The position numbers were made by a program, and so were the translations under genes. From the NCBI GenBank assembly GCA_028820935.1, contig JAPPHZ010000029.1, forward strand, positions 151,437 through 215,436: DNA of 64,000 nt, written 5' to 3'. Source of the DNA: a bacterium (GTDB lineage Bacteria; Actinomycetota; Acidimicrobiia; Spongiisociales; Spongiisociaceae). The notes beneath the pieces are model-generated. The model made no database searches. It had not been told where the DNA came from and saw only the letters and a program-made list of their open reading frames with translations. Within the stretch, counting starts at the first letter, position 1. Each line of letters starts with the position of its first letter. Positions 38,286 through 47,442 of the stretch are shown one piece after another.

Positions 38286-39182
38286 ATGAAGTACGGGATA
38301 GGCGCCGTCAACTCACTTCTCATCGACGATCCCACCGCCATGCGTGATGTCGCCCAGGCAGCCGAAGGTCTCGGCTACGACTTCCTTACGCTGATCGATC
38401 ACGTCCTGCTCGCTTACCCGGCCGCGGACGGGACGCCCCGGGCGCACTATCCGGCCCGGACCCCCTACCACGACATCCTGGTTGCTCTCGGGTATCTAGG
38501 GGGTGTCACGACCCGGATCGCGCTGCGTTCCGCAGTGGTGATCATGCCTCAGCGGGGTCCCGCGGTCGTCGCCAAGCAGGCGGCCGCTGCGGACAGCCTC
38601 TCCGGAGGGCGTCTCGAGCTGGGGCTCGGGATCGGATGGCACCTGGAGGAATACGACGCCCTGGAGGTTCCCTTCACGGAGCGGGGCCGGCGGATGGACG
38701 AGGGAATCGAGTTGATGAAGCTGCTCTGGACCCGGGACCGGGTCGACTTCGACGGGCGCTTCTACCGGGTTGACGGCATGGGAATGGAGCCGAAGCCGGT
38801 GACCCGGCCTCACCCGCCGTTGTGGTTCGGCGGCACGACCCCACCGGTTTTCCGGCGGGTCGTGGATCACGGTGTGGGCTGGTTGTCGAGGCCTGTCCAG
38901 ACGGTGGAGGAGATCGGCGCCTGCTGGAAGGAGATCCGGCGTCTCGCCGGCGAGGCGGGTCGGGACGCGGACGCGCTCCGCCTCCACGTCTCGGTGGGCC
39001 TGGGTCCGGAGGAGACCACCGATCAGATAGTCGGCAACGTGCGCAGGATGATCTCGGTGGGAGCGACGGATGTCTCGTTCTTCACCAGCTACATGCCCGG
39101 CATCGAGTCCGCCGGTGACCACATCGCTCAGCTTGAGCGGGCCATGTCCGACGTTGTGCCGGCGGTGGACGCCGGCCCGTAG
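38286..39182 (+). CDS. LLM-class flavin/F420-dependent oxidoreductase.
   Basis: MKYGIGAV start with a GGAGGAG RBS upstream. LGYDFLTLIDHV and LLM barrel motifs. The 3' end converges on and overlaps hyuB by 55 nt. Confidence 0.75.
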   Translation: MKYGIGAVNSLLIDDPTAMRDVAQAAEGLGYDFLTLIDHVLLAYPAADGTPRAHYPARTPYHDILVALGYLGGVTTRIALRSAVVIMPQRGPAVVAKQAAAADSLSGGRLELGLGIGWHLEEYDALEVPFTERGRRMDEGIELMKLLWTRDRVDFDGRFYRVDGMGMEPKPVTRPHPPLWFGGTTPPVFRRVVDHGVGWLSRPVQTVEEIGACWKEIRRLAGEAGRDADALRLHVSVGLGPEETTDQIVGNVRRMISVGATDVSFFTSYMPGIESAGDHIAQLERAMSDVVPAVDAGP

Positions 39183-40777
39183 CCGCCTCCTCCACTGGTC
39201 TCCACCCTGATGATCGACCCGGGTTCCAGAGAGGAGGAGGTCTTCGAGGCTGTCGATACGACCTGCCCATCGGGCCCGAGGATCGTCACCCTGGTGGGGC
39301 GGGCGTCATCGCCCCCTCCCACCCCCTCCGGCCGGTGCTCCTCGATGGCCTGCTCGCAGTAGAGGGTGGCGATCTGGGGGACGTCGAGGATCTGGTACTC
39401 GCGACAGATCCCCAGGCCGCCGGGCAGCAGGCCCTCTCCGGACGAGTCCTCGACGAGTTCGCTCTTGAGTATGCGGACCGAGTACTCGGTCTCGGCCACC
39501 TCGACCGGTAGCAGCGCCACGTTGGACATGTAGGTGTCCACCCCGTCGATTCCCCTTCCGTGGTCATGCGCGCCGGTCCCGCCGCCCACCACCTCCATGA
39601 GCACCGCGGTCTCGCCGGTCTGGGGGGATCTGCTGCCGATCTGCAAGCCGAAGAAGGTGACGCTGCTGCTGGCCACTGCCCGGGCCGGCCACAGATCCGA
39701 GGCTGTCCGGATGAGGGTGTCGGCGACCACCTGGCAGGTGTTGTGCCGCACGGAGACCGCCGCTGGGAACCGCGGATTCAGGATGGTTCCCGACGGGCAC
39801 GTGATGGTGACGGGCGCCAGCAAGCCGTCGTTGGAGGGGATGTCCAACCCCACCATGGTGCGGACCAGGTAGGCCACGCATGCCCGGGTGCTAGCCCAGG
39901 GCACGTTGAGCGCGCCGTCCACCTGGGGGGACGACCCGGTGAAATCCACGTGCAGCGCCCGGCCGGTCTTGGCGAGCCGCACGCGGATCGGTACGGGGGC
40001 GCTGCCGAGTCCGTCATCGTCGAGATGGCCGGTGCGTACGGCTTCTCCATCGTCGAGGTCAGCCAAGGCAGAGGCGGTCTGCCGGGCGGTCCGGTCGAGA
40101 ATCTCGGCGAACGCGGCGCCCACCTGGTCGGGTCCGTACCGTTCCATCGTGCGCAATAGCGCCCTCTCTCCTGTGAGACAGGAGGCGTGCTGGGCCCGCA
40201 GGTCGGCCACCAACCCGCGGGGTTCCCGCACGTTGGCGGCGATCATCCGGACCAGGTCCCGGTTCTCCTCGCCCCCTTGGTAGAGCTTGATGGGCGGGAA
40301 GATCAGACCCTCGGCGAACAATTCCCGGTGGTGGGGCGCCAGCGTGCCGGGTGTGGGGCCGCCCAGGTCGACGTGGTGGGCCGTCGATCCGGCCCACCCG
40401 ACCACCCGGCCGTCCGAGAAGACCGGCATGACCAGGTTCAGGTCCGGCGTATGCATGCATCCCATGTACGGATGGTTGAGCAGGAAGGCGTCGCCCGGCT
40501 GCACGTCGCCGGGGTCCGGATACTCGGCTCTGCAGGTCTGGACGGCTAGCGACATCGCTCCCAACTGGGCGGGAATCCGCTCGTCCTGAGCCACCGATTC
40601 GCCTCCGGGAGCGAAGATGGCGCAGCTGAAGTCCTCCATCTCCCTGATGATGGGGCTGTGGCTGGAACGCTTGAGGATCATCGCCATCTCGCGAGCGGCG
40701 TGGCGGAGCCGGCTGTGGATCAACTCGTAGGTGACCGGATCGAGGTTCTTGCTAGGAGGGTACTGAAAAATGTCCAT
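39128..40777 (-). CDS. hyuB: Hydantoinase B / oxoprolinase-family protein (HyuB).
   Basis: MDIFQYPPSKNLDPVTYELIHSRL N-terminus and the conserved HyuB core. 549 aa. Confidence 0.85.
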   Translation of the reverse strand: MDIFQYPPSKNLDPVTYELIHSRLRHAAREMAMILKRSSHSPIIREMEDFSCAIFAPGGESVAQDERIPAQLGAMSLAVQTCRAEYPDPGDVQPGDAFLLNHPYMGCMHTPDLNLVMPVFSDGRVVGWAGSTAHHVDLGGPTPGTLAPHHRELFAEGLIFPPIKLYQGGEENRDLVRMIAANVREPRGLVADLRAQHASCLTGERALLRTMERYGPDQVGAAFAEILDRTARQTASALADLDDGEAVRTGHLDDDGLGSAPVPIRVRLAKTGRALHVDFTGSSPQVDGALNVPWASTRACVAYLVRTMVGLDIPSNDGLLAPVTITCPSGTILNPRFPAAVSVRHNTCQVVADTLIRTASDLWPARAVASSSVTFFGLQIGSRSPQTGETAVLMEVVGGGTGAHDHGRGIDGVDTYMSNVALLPVEVAETEYSVRILKSELVEDSSGEGLLPGGLGICREYQILDVPQIATLYCEQAIEEHRPEGVGGGDDARPTRVTILGPDGQVVSTASKTSSSLEPGSIIRVETSGGGGYGPASTAGTTSDMARSS

Positions 40778-40855
40778 CTGGCCTGATAGTAGGTAATGAA
40801 GACCCAGTTCAGGGGATCACGCGCCAACCTATCCCCGTCTTTTTCAGCACCCTCC
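40755..40855. repeat. Intergenic element copy C2 at the hyuA-hyuB junction.
   Basis: In the minus-strand mRNA, the arms GGAGGGUGCUGAAAAAG and CAUUUUUCAGUACCCUCC pair over about 15 bp (one G-U wobble). The 3' arm encodes hyuB codons 2-8. hyuB has no evident Shine-Dalgarno sequence. Confidence 0.6.
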
Positions 40856-42885
40856 TAATCGGCCGCCTCCCGGATGATCAGGTTCTGGTATCGGTCCACG
40901 CGGGTGGACTGCCCGTCGAGCACGACGGTCGTGGCGTCCGGTTGCTCGACTACGCACGGCCCCGCCAGCCGGGCGCCGGGACCTAGATCATCGCGCCGGT
41001 AGACGGGAACTTCGGCGGGACGAGGCATCTCGCGCAGCTTCATAAGGCGTTTCGCGACCGGCGTGGGGCTGCGGAAGGACTCGCCGGTGGGCCGGTCGGC
41101 GCCGACGGCGAGGGATCCGAAGGCGGACATCCGCAGGGTCACGGCCACCACGGGCTCATCCGATGTATGGCCATAAAGCGAGCCGTGGATGTTACGGAAC
41201 TCCGCGCACACCCCTTCGGGGCTGAGCTCGGTGGACGCGACCGGGACGTTCAACTCGAAGCCCTGCCCCCGGTAGCGGCAGTCGATGGATGGCTCCACGC
41301 GGACTTGACGGTCCTCTATCCCGTCCGCCCGGAGCCGGGCACGTAGTGACTCCCCGGTCGTTTCGAACCACCGGGCGATGTCACCGATGGAGGAATTGTC
41401 GACGGTGGTCAGCACCGTGGCCGACTCGTCGATCCTGAGGTCCGTCGCCAGCAGGCCCGCCGCGGAGAAGAGGCCGGGGTGCCGTGGGATGACCGCCTCC
41501 GGCATGGACAGGTCCCTGATCAGCCGGCCGGCATGGAGCGGCCCGGCCCCGCCGAATGCCACCAGGGCGTACCGCCTGGGATCCTCACCTCGATCTATCG
41601 AAACTCTCCGGATGGCGGCCTCGAGATGGGCATTGGCGATGGCCAGCACGCCTTCGGCCGTGGCCTGCGGGTTCAGCCCCAGACCGGCGCCCACTCCGGC
41701 GATCGCATCGAGGGCCGCTCCCCGGTCCAGGGTGAGGCTGCCGCCCAGAGCGGTCAGCTCGCCGAGGGTGCCGGCCACCAGGTGCGCGTCGGTGAGGGTG
41801 GCGTTCCGACCCCCTCGCCCGTACGCGGCAGGTCCGGGATCCGCTCCGGCGCTCGCCGGACCGACCTTGAGGGCGCCCGACCGGTCGACCGCGACGATGC
41901 TCCCGCCTCCGGCTCCAGCCGAATGGATGTCGAGGGACGGGGACAGTATCGGGTGGGATTCGATGTGCCGCATCGGGGACACGGAAGCCAGCCCGTTCCG
42001 GATCAGGCAGACATCCGCCGACGTACCACCGATGTCGAGGGACAGCAGGTGCGTCCGCCCGGTGGCCGCTCCCAGGGCCACCGCTCCCGCGACGCCGGCC
42101 GCAGGTCCGGAGACCAGGAGCTTGTGAGCCTCGCCCTCCGCCCGCGCCGCCGGCACGCCTCCCCCGTTGGACTGCATAACCAGGAAAGTCCCGGGGATTC
42201 CGAGGTCCCGTATCCCATCCTCGGCTCGCTGCAGGTAGTCCCGGACCACCGGACGGAGCCCGGCGTTGACGGCCGTCGTTACGGTCCGGGGATACTCCCG
42301 GAACTCGTTTGCCACCTCGGAGGATCGGGAGACCGCCAGGCCCGGACACGCGGCCTCGAGGGCGTCGGCGAGCGTGCGCTCGTGGCTGTCGTCCAGGTAG
42401 CTGAACAGGAAGGAGATGGCGACCGCCTCCGGATCCCGTGACGCGACCTCGTTGACGGCTCTGCCGGTCTCCGATGCCGTGAGGGCCCGGACGGTTCCGG
42501 TTGCGGTGACACGTTCGTCCACCTCGATCCGATCACCGCGCGGAATGAACTCCCTCGGGCGGCTCTGGCGCAGGTCGTACGCGTCGGGACGGGAACCCGA
42601 GCGATAGGTCAATATGTCGCGGAATCCCTTGGTCGTGAGGAGGACAACCCGGGCCAGCATGTCGTTGATGACCGCGTTGGTGGCGATGGTGGTGCCGTGG
42701 AACACCAGGGACACCTCCTCGAACGCCATCCCGCGACGGCCGAGAGCCGAGAGGGCGTCGAGCAGGCCCAGTGCCGGATCGGCGGGGACGGTGGGCACCT
42801 TGGCCGTGAGCCGCTGCCCGATCCCGTCGTCTGCGACCACGTCGGTGAATGTGCCACCGATGTCGATGGCGACGGTCCATGTCAT
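40855..42885 (-). CDS. hyuA: Hydantoinase A / oxoprolinase-family protein (HyuA).
   Basis: MTWTVAIDIGGTFTDVV N-terminal motif. 676 aa, typical of HyuA. Confidence 0.85.
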   Translation of the reverse strand: MTWTVAIDIGGTFTDVVADDGIGQRLTAKVPTVPADPALGLLDALSALGRRGMAFEEVSLVFHGTTIATNAVINDMLARVVLLTTKGFRDILTYRSGSRPDAYDLRQSRPREFIPRGDRIEVDERVTATGTVRALTASETGRAVNEVASRDPEAVAISFLFSYLDDSHERTLADALEAACPGLAVSRSSEVANEFREYPRTVTTAVNAGLRPVVRDYLQRAEDGIRDLGIPGTFLVMQSNGGGVPAARAEGEAHKLLVSGPAAGVAGAVALGAATGRTHLLSLDIGGTSADVCLIRNGLASVSPMRHIESHPILSPSLDIHSAGAGGGSIVAVDRSGALKVGPASAGADPGPAAYGRGGRNATLTDAHLVAGTLGELTALGGSLTLDRGAALDAIAGVGAGLGLNPQATAEGVLAIANAHLEAAIRRVSIDRGEDPRRYALVAFGGAGPLHAGRLIRDLSMPEAVIPRHPGLFSAAGLLATDLRIDESATVLTTVDNSSIGDIARWFETTGESLRARLRADGIEDRQVRVEPSIDCRYRGQGFELNVPVASTELSPEGVCAEFRNIHGSLYGHTSDEPVVAVTLRMSAFGSLAVGADRPTGESFRSPTPVAKRLMKLREMPRPAEVPVYRRDDLGPGARLAGPCVVEQPDATTVVLDGQSTRVDRYQNLIIREAAD

Positions 42886-42895
42886 CCGCAGGAAC

Positions 42896-43564
42896 TCAGA
42901 CCGGCCAGGCCCTCTCGTTGTAGGCCATGTCCCAGAACATCTGCTCCAGGCGGCTGCTGGTGCGGAAGATGTCCTCGATCCTTGCCAGGTCCGAACTGCT
43001 CATGCCCTCGCAGAGTCGTTCGAGCTTGTCCTTGACCTCTTCGAGCGTGTCCCAGTACTCCTGCCCTCCGAAGAACTCGATCCAGGTGCGGTAGACCTGG
43101 TGATCCGGAGCATCGGCCAGCCGTTCCCTGCCGATCTCCCCGTAGCTCCAGGCGCAGGGTGTCAGCGAGGCCATGATGTCGGCGGCTCGACCCTCGTAGG
43201 CCACGGTCAGCAGGTGGCGGGTGTAGGCCAACGTCCCGGGCTCCATCACCACCTCTTCGGTCGCCCCCGGAACCATCTGGCGGACCTCGTCGAGCAGCTG
43301 GCGGTTCTTGGGTAGCTCGAAGTCGACGATGTTGCTCACGATGGCGGCGAAGTCCCGCATGGTGTCCTCATCATCGGCCTTCGCCACACCGAGGGCCATC
43401 GCCCTCGCCAGCTCCCTGAGGAAGACGATGTTCTGGCCGATGTAGAAGGCGAACTTCCGCTCCGGAAGGGTGCCGGCGGTCAGTTCATCCACGAACGGAT
43501 GGCTGTGCAGCTCGTGCCAGATGTCCCTGCAGCTGTCTCGGAGCTTTTCGCAAACGCTGCTCAT
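42896..43564 (-). CDS. tenA: TenA/THI-4/PqqC-family protein (second paralog).
   Basis: MSSVCEKLRDSCRDIWHELHSHPFVDELTAGTLPERKFAFYIGQN. Start trimmed to 43564 (ATGA overlap with the upstream stop). Confidence 0.75.
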   Translation of the reverse strand: MSSVCEKLRDSCRDIWHELHSHPFVDELTAGTLPERKFAFYIGQNIVFLRELARAMALGVAKADDEDTMRDFAAIVSNIVDFELPKNRQLLDEVRQMVPGATEEVVMEPGTLAYTRHLLTVAYEGRAADIMASLTPCAWSYGEIGRERLADAPDHQVYRTWIEFFGGQEYWDTLEEVKDKLERLCEGMSSSDLARIEDIFRTSSRLEQMFWDMAYNERAWPV

Positions 43565-45159
43565 CGACCGGCACCTCCTCCGATGCGCCGGCCGCCGCCG
43601 AAGCCTGCCGGACCGGTCGTGGTGTTGTACTCGTATCCAAGGGCCATGGGCTCCTCCGCCCACGGGCGGTAGAAGTCGAACAGGTACGGCTCGACCTCGA
43701 ACGCCAACTCGGCCCACCGGGCCCATGGCTCCTCCAGATCGAACAGCCCCCTCGCTATCGCCTCGTTGTACTCGTCCCGGATCTGCTGCTCGTTGATCGT
43801 GGTAATCACGCCGTTGTCGAGGACCACCTTCCCGGCGACCAGCACCGTCTCGATGTCCGTGCCGTCGGCCCGGTCCAGGATCACGTCGAGCACCGGGCTC
43901 ACGTAGAACCGCGCCGGTCTCTCGAACACCCGCTTGCGGTCGAGGATGAGCAGGTCGGCGTCCTTACCCACCGCCAGGCTGCCGATGCGGTCCTCGGCGC
44001 GGGCGGCCCGCGCCCCGGACGTGGCCGCGGATCGCAGGAGCGCCTCGGAGTTGAGCCGGCCGTGCTCGGGTTCCGGCCCTCGGGGCAGCCGCTGGAGATA
44101 AGCGCCCAGGCGAACCTCCTGGAGCATGTCGTCCCGCTCGGAGAAGGAGATGGCATCGGTACCGAACGCCAGCCCTCCACCTGCGTCAAGGATGTCGCGG
44201 ACGCGGCACACCCCGGTGCTCAGCCGGAGGTTCGAGCCGGGGTTGCTCGCCGCCACGGCGCCGCTGTCGGCCAGGATCTCGATGTCACGGTCGGTGGCCC
44301 ACACGAAGTGTGATAGCGACACATCCGGCCCGAGGAGGCCGATGTCATCCAGCCGTTGCATGGCCGTGACGCCGAAGCGCCGGATGTTGTACTGCATCTC
44401 CGACCGGGTCTCCAGGCAATGGGTCATGATCCCCGTGTCGTAGTCGGTGGCGATGGCCCGGCAACGGCGGTAGAGGTCGTCGGACACCGCCGGGGTCCAG
44501 TCCGGCGCCAGCAGGACGCGAAGCCTGTCGTCCCGGCGGTCCCAGGTCGCGGCTGCATCCTCATAAGCGGCTATGACGTCGTCGCTCGGCAGGGCGTAAC
44601 CCATCGGTGAGTTACGCACCTCCTCGGCCAGCCCTTCGGGCAGTCGGGCCAGGAAGTCGTCGTTGGCCTCGTGGACGTAGAGGTTCTCATCGCGCAGGGT
44701 GATCCCGAGCCCGGTACGCATTCCCAGGTCCTCGTACGCCTGCAGGGCGTTGTCCATGCCGAAGTTCTTAGGACCGGGGCGGCCGTAGAAGGCATCGACC
44801 GTGGTCGTGATTCCTCCCCGGACCGCGGTCATGAGCGTGACAAGGATCGCCTTGTACATGATTTCCTCGTCCATCGGCTTGAAGACCGGATGGACGTAGA
44901 TGTTGGCCCGCTCGAAGAGCATCTCCCAGAGCCCGGGGCCCAGCGCCGACTCGGAGTGGTAGTGGGAGGCCACGAAGCCGGGCATCACGAAGTGGTCCTG
45001 CGAGCCGAGGATGCGGTCGAACGGCCCCTTGGTCTCGAGTTCGGCCCTCGGTCCGGACTCCACGATCTTCTTGCCCTCGACGATCAATGCGCCATCGGTG
45101 ATGAACGCTTCGTCGGCCAGCGTGACCACCGGGTTGCCCACGATGAGATATCGCGACAT
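43561..45159 (-). CDS. TRZ/ATZ-type amidohydrolase (amidohydrolase-1 superfamily; chlorohydrolase / aminohydrolase-like).
   Basis: PGFVASHYHSE metal-binding HxH region. 532 aa. Confidence 0.75.
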   Translation of the reverse strand: MSRYLIVGNPVVTLADEAFITDGALIVEGKKIVESGPRAELETKGPFDRILGSQDHFVMPGFVASHYHSESALGPGLWEMLFERANIYVHPVFKPMDEEIMYKAILVTLMTAVRGGITTTVDAFYGRPGPKNFGMDNALQAYEDLGMRTGLGITLRDENLYVHEANDDFLARLPEGLAEEVRNSPMGYALPSDDVIAAYEDAAATWDRRDDRLRVLLAPDWTPAVSDDLYRRCRAIATDYDTGIMTHCLETRSEMQYNIRRFGVTAMQRLDDIGLLGPDVSLSHFVWATDRDIEILADSGAVAASNPGSNLRLSTGVCRVRDILDAGGGLAFGTDAISFSERDDMLQEVRLGAYLQRLPRGPEPEHGRLNSEALLRSAATSGARAARAEDRIGSLAVGKDADLLILDRKRVFERPARFYVSPVLDVILDRADGTDIETVLVAGKVVLDNGVITTINEQQIRDEYNEAIARGLFDLEEPWARWAELAFEVEPYLFDFYRPWAEEPMALGYEYNTTTGPAGFGGGRRIGGGAGR

Positions 45160-45283
45160 ATGTCCCGTCCTTTCGGCTCGTGCCTCCCCGGGCCTGCACC
45201 GGTGAAGCGCTGACGTCTCTCCCGGACCTGCCGATATGGTCCGTCATGGCGAGCTTACTTCGGGCTTGGGAACGGCGTCTTGA

Positions 45284-45370
45284 GGAGGGTGCCGGAAAAG
45301 ACGAGCAGGGGTTGGCCCGCGATCCCGCGACCTGGGTTTCGTTGCCGGTGTCGGGCATGGCGGACGGTGC
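45284..45370. repeat. Diverged third copy (C3) of the intergenic element (GGAGGGTGCCGGAAAAGACGAGCAGGGGTTGGCCCGCGATCCCGCGACCTGGGT...).
   Basis: About 75% identity to the left arm plus spacer of C2. The right arm is not recognisable. Confidence 0.45.
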
Positions 45371-45416
45371 TCGGGTTAGGGTATCGACGTTGCCCGGAGT
45401 CCAGAGGAGGGCGCCA

Positions 45417-46418
45417 ATGCAGATCGATATGCACACCCATGTGCTCGCATTGGCGGCCGATCCCGAGTTCTCGGTGGAATACGGCCGGGAGGGTTCGCTC
45501 TGCATATACCGCAGTGCGGGGTCCGTGCCGGCGCATCGCATGCCCACGGAGGACGAGTGGGAGGAGAGTGGCTTCTCCCGAAAGGGTTGGCCGATCATCG
45601 GTGGCGCCGAATCCATGCGGGACCACCCCGGATTCGACAGGATCGTCCTGCTGTCCGTGTCGCCGCAGTGGCTCGACGGCCGTTTGATAGGAACGGTCGA
45701 CCCGACGGGCATCAGCGGCGTCGAGGGTCCGCCTCACCCCGAGAAGTGCAACGACTACATAGCCGGGCTCGTGCGGCAGGACCCGGAGACCCTGGTCGGC
45801 TTCGCTTCGGTGAACCCCGCCTACCAGGGACCGGAGGCGGCGGTGGAGGAACTCACGCGGGCGGTCCGCGAGCTGGGATTGTCCGGAGTGAAGCTCTACC
45901 CGATGTACCAGCACTGGTCGCCCGACGATCGCGAGCTGGCATTTCCCGTCTACCAGTGCGCTCTCGACCTGGGGATCCCGGTGATGTTCCACCAGGCCGG
46001 ATCAACGCGTATCGACGCCTCCCTCGGCCTGGGGCGGCCCGCGCTCCTCGACGATGTCGGCCGGGAGTTCCGCGACCTGGTGGTGATAATCGCCCACATG
46101 GGAATCCCGTGGCAGGACGAGGCGCTCTTCCTGCTCACCAAGCACCCCAACTTCTACGGCGAGCTCTCCTACCTGATCGCGGCCCTCAGCCCGAGGGAGC
46201 TGTTCACGTTCCTACACAAGGCAGAGCCCTTCTTCGTTCCCCTGGAGAAGCTGTTCTTCGGATCGGACTATCCCGGGTTCCTCTACGACCCGGTGGTACT
46301 GCGCGACAAGCTCCTCACCATCAACGACCATGCCGAACCGCTGGGACTCGATCCCATACCCCGGTACAAGCTCGAGGGCATCATGGGAGACCACGCGGCC
46401 GCAGTCCTCGGCTGGTGA
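45417..46418 (+). CDS. Amidohydrolase-2 family metal-dependent hydrolase.
   Basis: MQIDMHTHV start with a GAGGAGG RBS 7 nt upstream. IIAHMGIPWQDE and FFGSDYP motifs. 79 upstream codons were trimmed. Confidence 0.75.
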   Translation: MQIDMHTHVLALAADPEFSVEYGREGSLCIYRSAGSVPAHRMPTEDEWEESGFSRKGWPIIGGAESMRDHPGFDRIVLLSVSPQWLDGRLIGTVDPTGISGVEGPPHPEKCNDYIAGLVRQDPETLVGFASVNPAYQGPEAAVEELTRAVRELGLSGVKLYPMYQHWSPDDRELAFPVYQCALDLGIPVMFHQAGSTRIDASLGLGRPALLDDVGREFRDLVVIIAHMGIPWQDEALFLLTKHPNFYGELSYLIAALSPRELFTFLHKAEPFFVPLEKLFFGSDYPGFLYDPVVLRDKLLTINDHAEPLGLDPIPRYKLEGIMGDHAAAVLGW

Positions 46419-46467
46419 CGCAGCAGGTACAGCCGGTGGCTCCTCCTGGTTCCTGGCCGTCCGCCGG

Positions 46468-47442
46468 CTACTTGCTACTGGGTCGGTGGTGGTGTAGTCG
46501 GTAGACGCGGCGGGTGTTCTCTCCGAGTATTTGGTCGATTTCGTGTTGGGGGATGCGGTAGCCCAGTTGTTTGGCCCATTCGGGGAGCATGCGGAATTGG
46601 TCTACCCATTGTTTGAGGGTTAGGGAGACTTCTATGCCGGCCATGTCGGAGCCGAAGAGGATGCGGTCGGGTCCGATGCGGTCTCTCATCCATACGATTT
46701 TGCGGACTAGTTCGTCGGGGGAGATCCAGTGTTGCCATAGGCTCATGTCGAGGTGGACGTTGGTTTTGTAGATGGCGACGGAGATGGCTTCATGCGCCCA
46801 GGTTTCGTAGCGGGCGGAGTGGCCGAGGATGAAGCGTAGGTCGGGGAAGTCGGCGGCGGCTGAGTCGACGTAGATGGGGTGTCCGTATTTTGATTTGTGT
46901 CGTCCTGCGGAGTGTCCTTGGTGGAGGAGTACGGGTAGGTCTCTTTCGAGGAGGAACCGGTAGAGGGGGTAGACGACGTTTTCGTCGTCGGGGTAGAAGC
47001 CGTTGGTGGGATACAGTTTGAGGCCTATGGCGCCCCATTGGTCTACTGCGGTGGTGAGTATTTCGAGGGCGTCGGGGCGTCGGGGGTCTACTCCGCAGAA
47101 GGTGTAGAGGCGTCCGGGGTGTCTTTTGGTGGCTTCGGCGCAGAGCCGGTTCTTTTCTGCGATGGGGATGACGCCTTCTTCGCCCAGGCCGACACCGTGG
47201 TCCATGGGCATCATCACCGACGCGTCGACCCCGGCCTCGTCCATGCGAGCAACCGCCTTATCACCCGTGATGTCCGTAGCCTCCGCAACCCTCGCATGCA
47301 GGTAGGAGGGATCCGACTTGGGCGGGTCGTACCAGCGCACCTGCCTCGCCCATGAGGCATCCATGCCGGACCTCAGGTTGACAGGGTTCCAATCATCACC
47401 CCGGATGTGCATGTGGCAATCCACCACGAGAGCCCCGCTCAT
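46468..47442 (-). CDS. Amidohydrolase-2 family hydrolase (copy A). The C-terminal 260 aa are encoded by an identical 783-bp block shared with copy B.
   Basis: VVDCHMHI motif. ATGA overlap with the upstream SDR stop. Confidence 0.75.
   Translation of the reverse strand: MSGALVVDCHMHIRGDDWNPVNLRSGMDASWARQVRWYDPPKSDPSYLHARVAEATDITGDKAVARMDEAGVDASVMMPMDHGVGLGEEGVIPIAEKNRLCAEATKRHPGRLYTFCGVDPRRPDALEILTTAVDQWGAIGLKLYPTNGFYPDDENVVYPLYRFLLERDLPVLLHQGHSAGRHKSKYGHPIYVDSAAADFPDLRFILGHSARYETWAHEAISVAIYKTNVHLDMSLWQHWISPDELVRKIVWMRDRIGPDRILFGSDMAGIEVSLTLKQWVDQFRMLPEWAKQLGYRIPQHEIDQILGENTRRVYRLHHHRPSSK
46483..47265. repeat. 783-bp block that is 100% identical to 49780..50562 (direct repeat, offset 3297 bp).
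   Basis: Line-by-line identity was checked at several points. The block has lower GC and A/T-ending codons. Confidence 0.85.
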
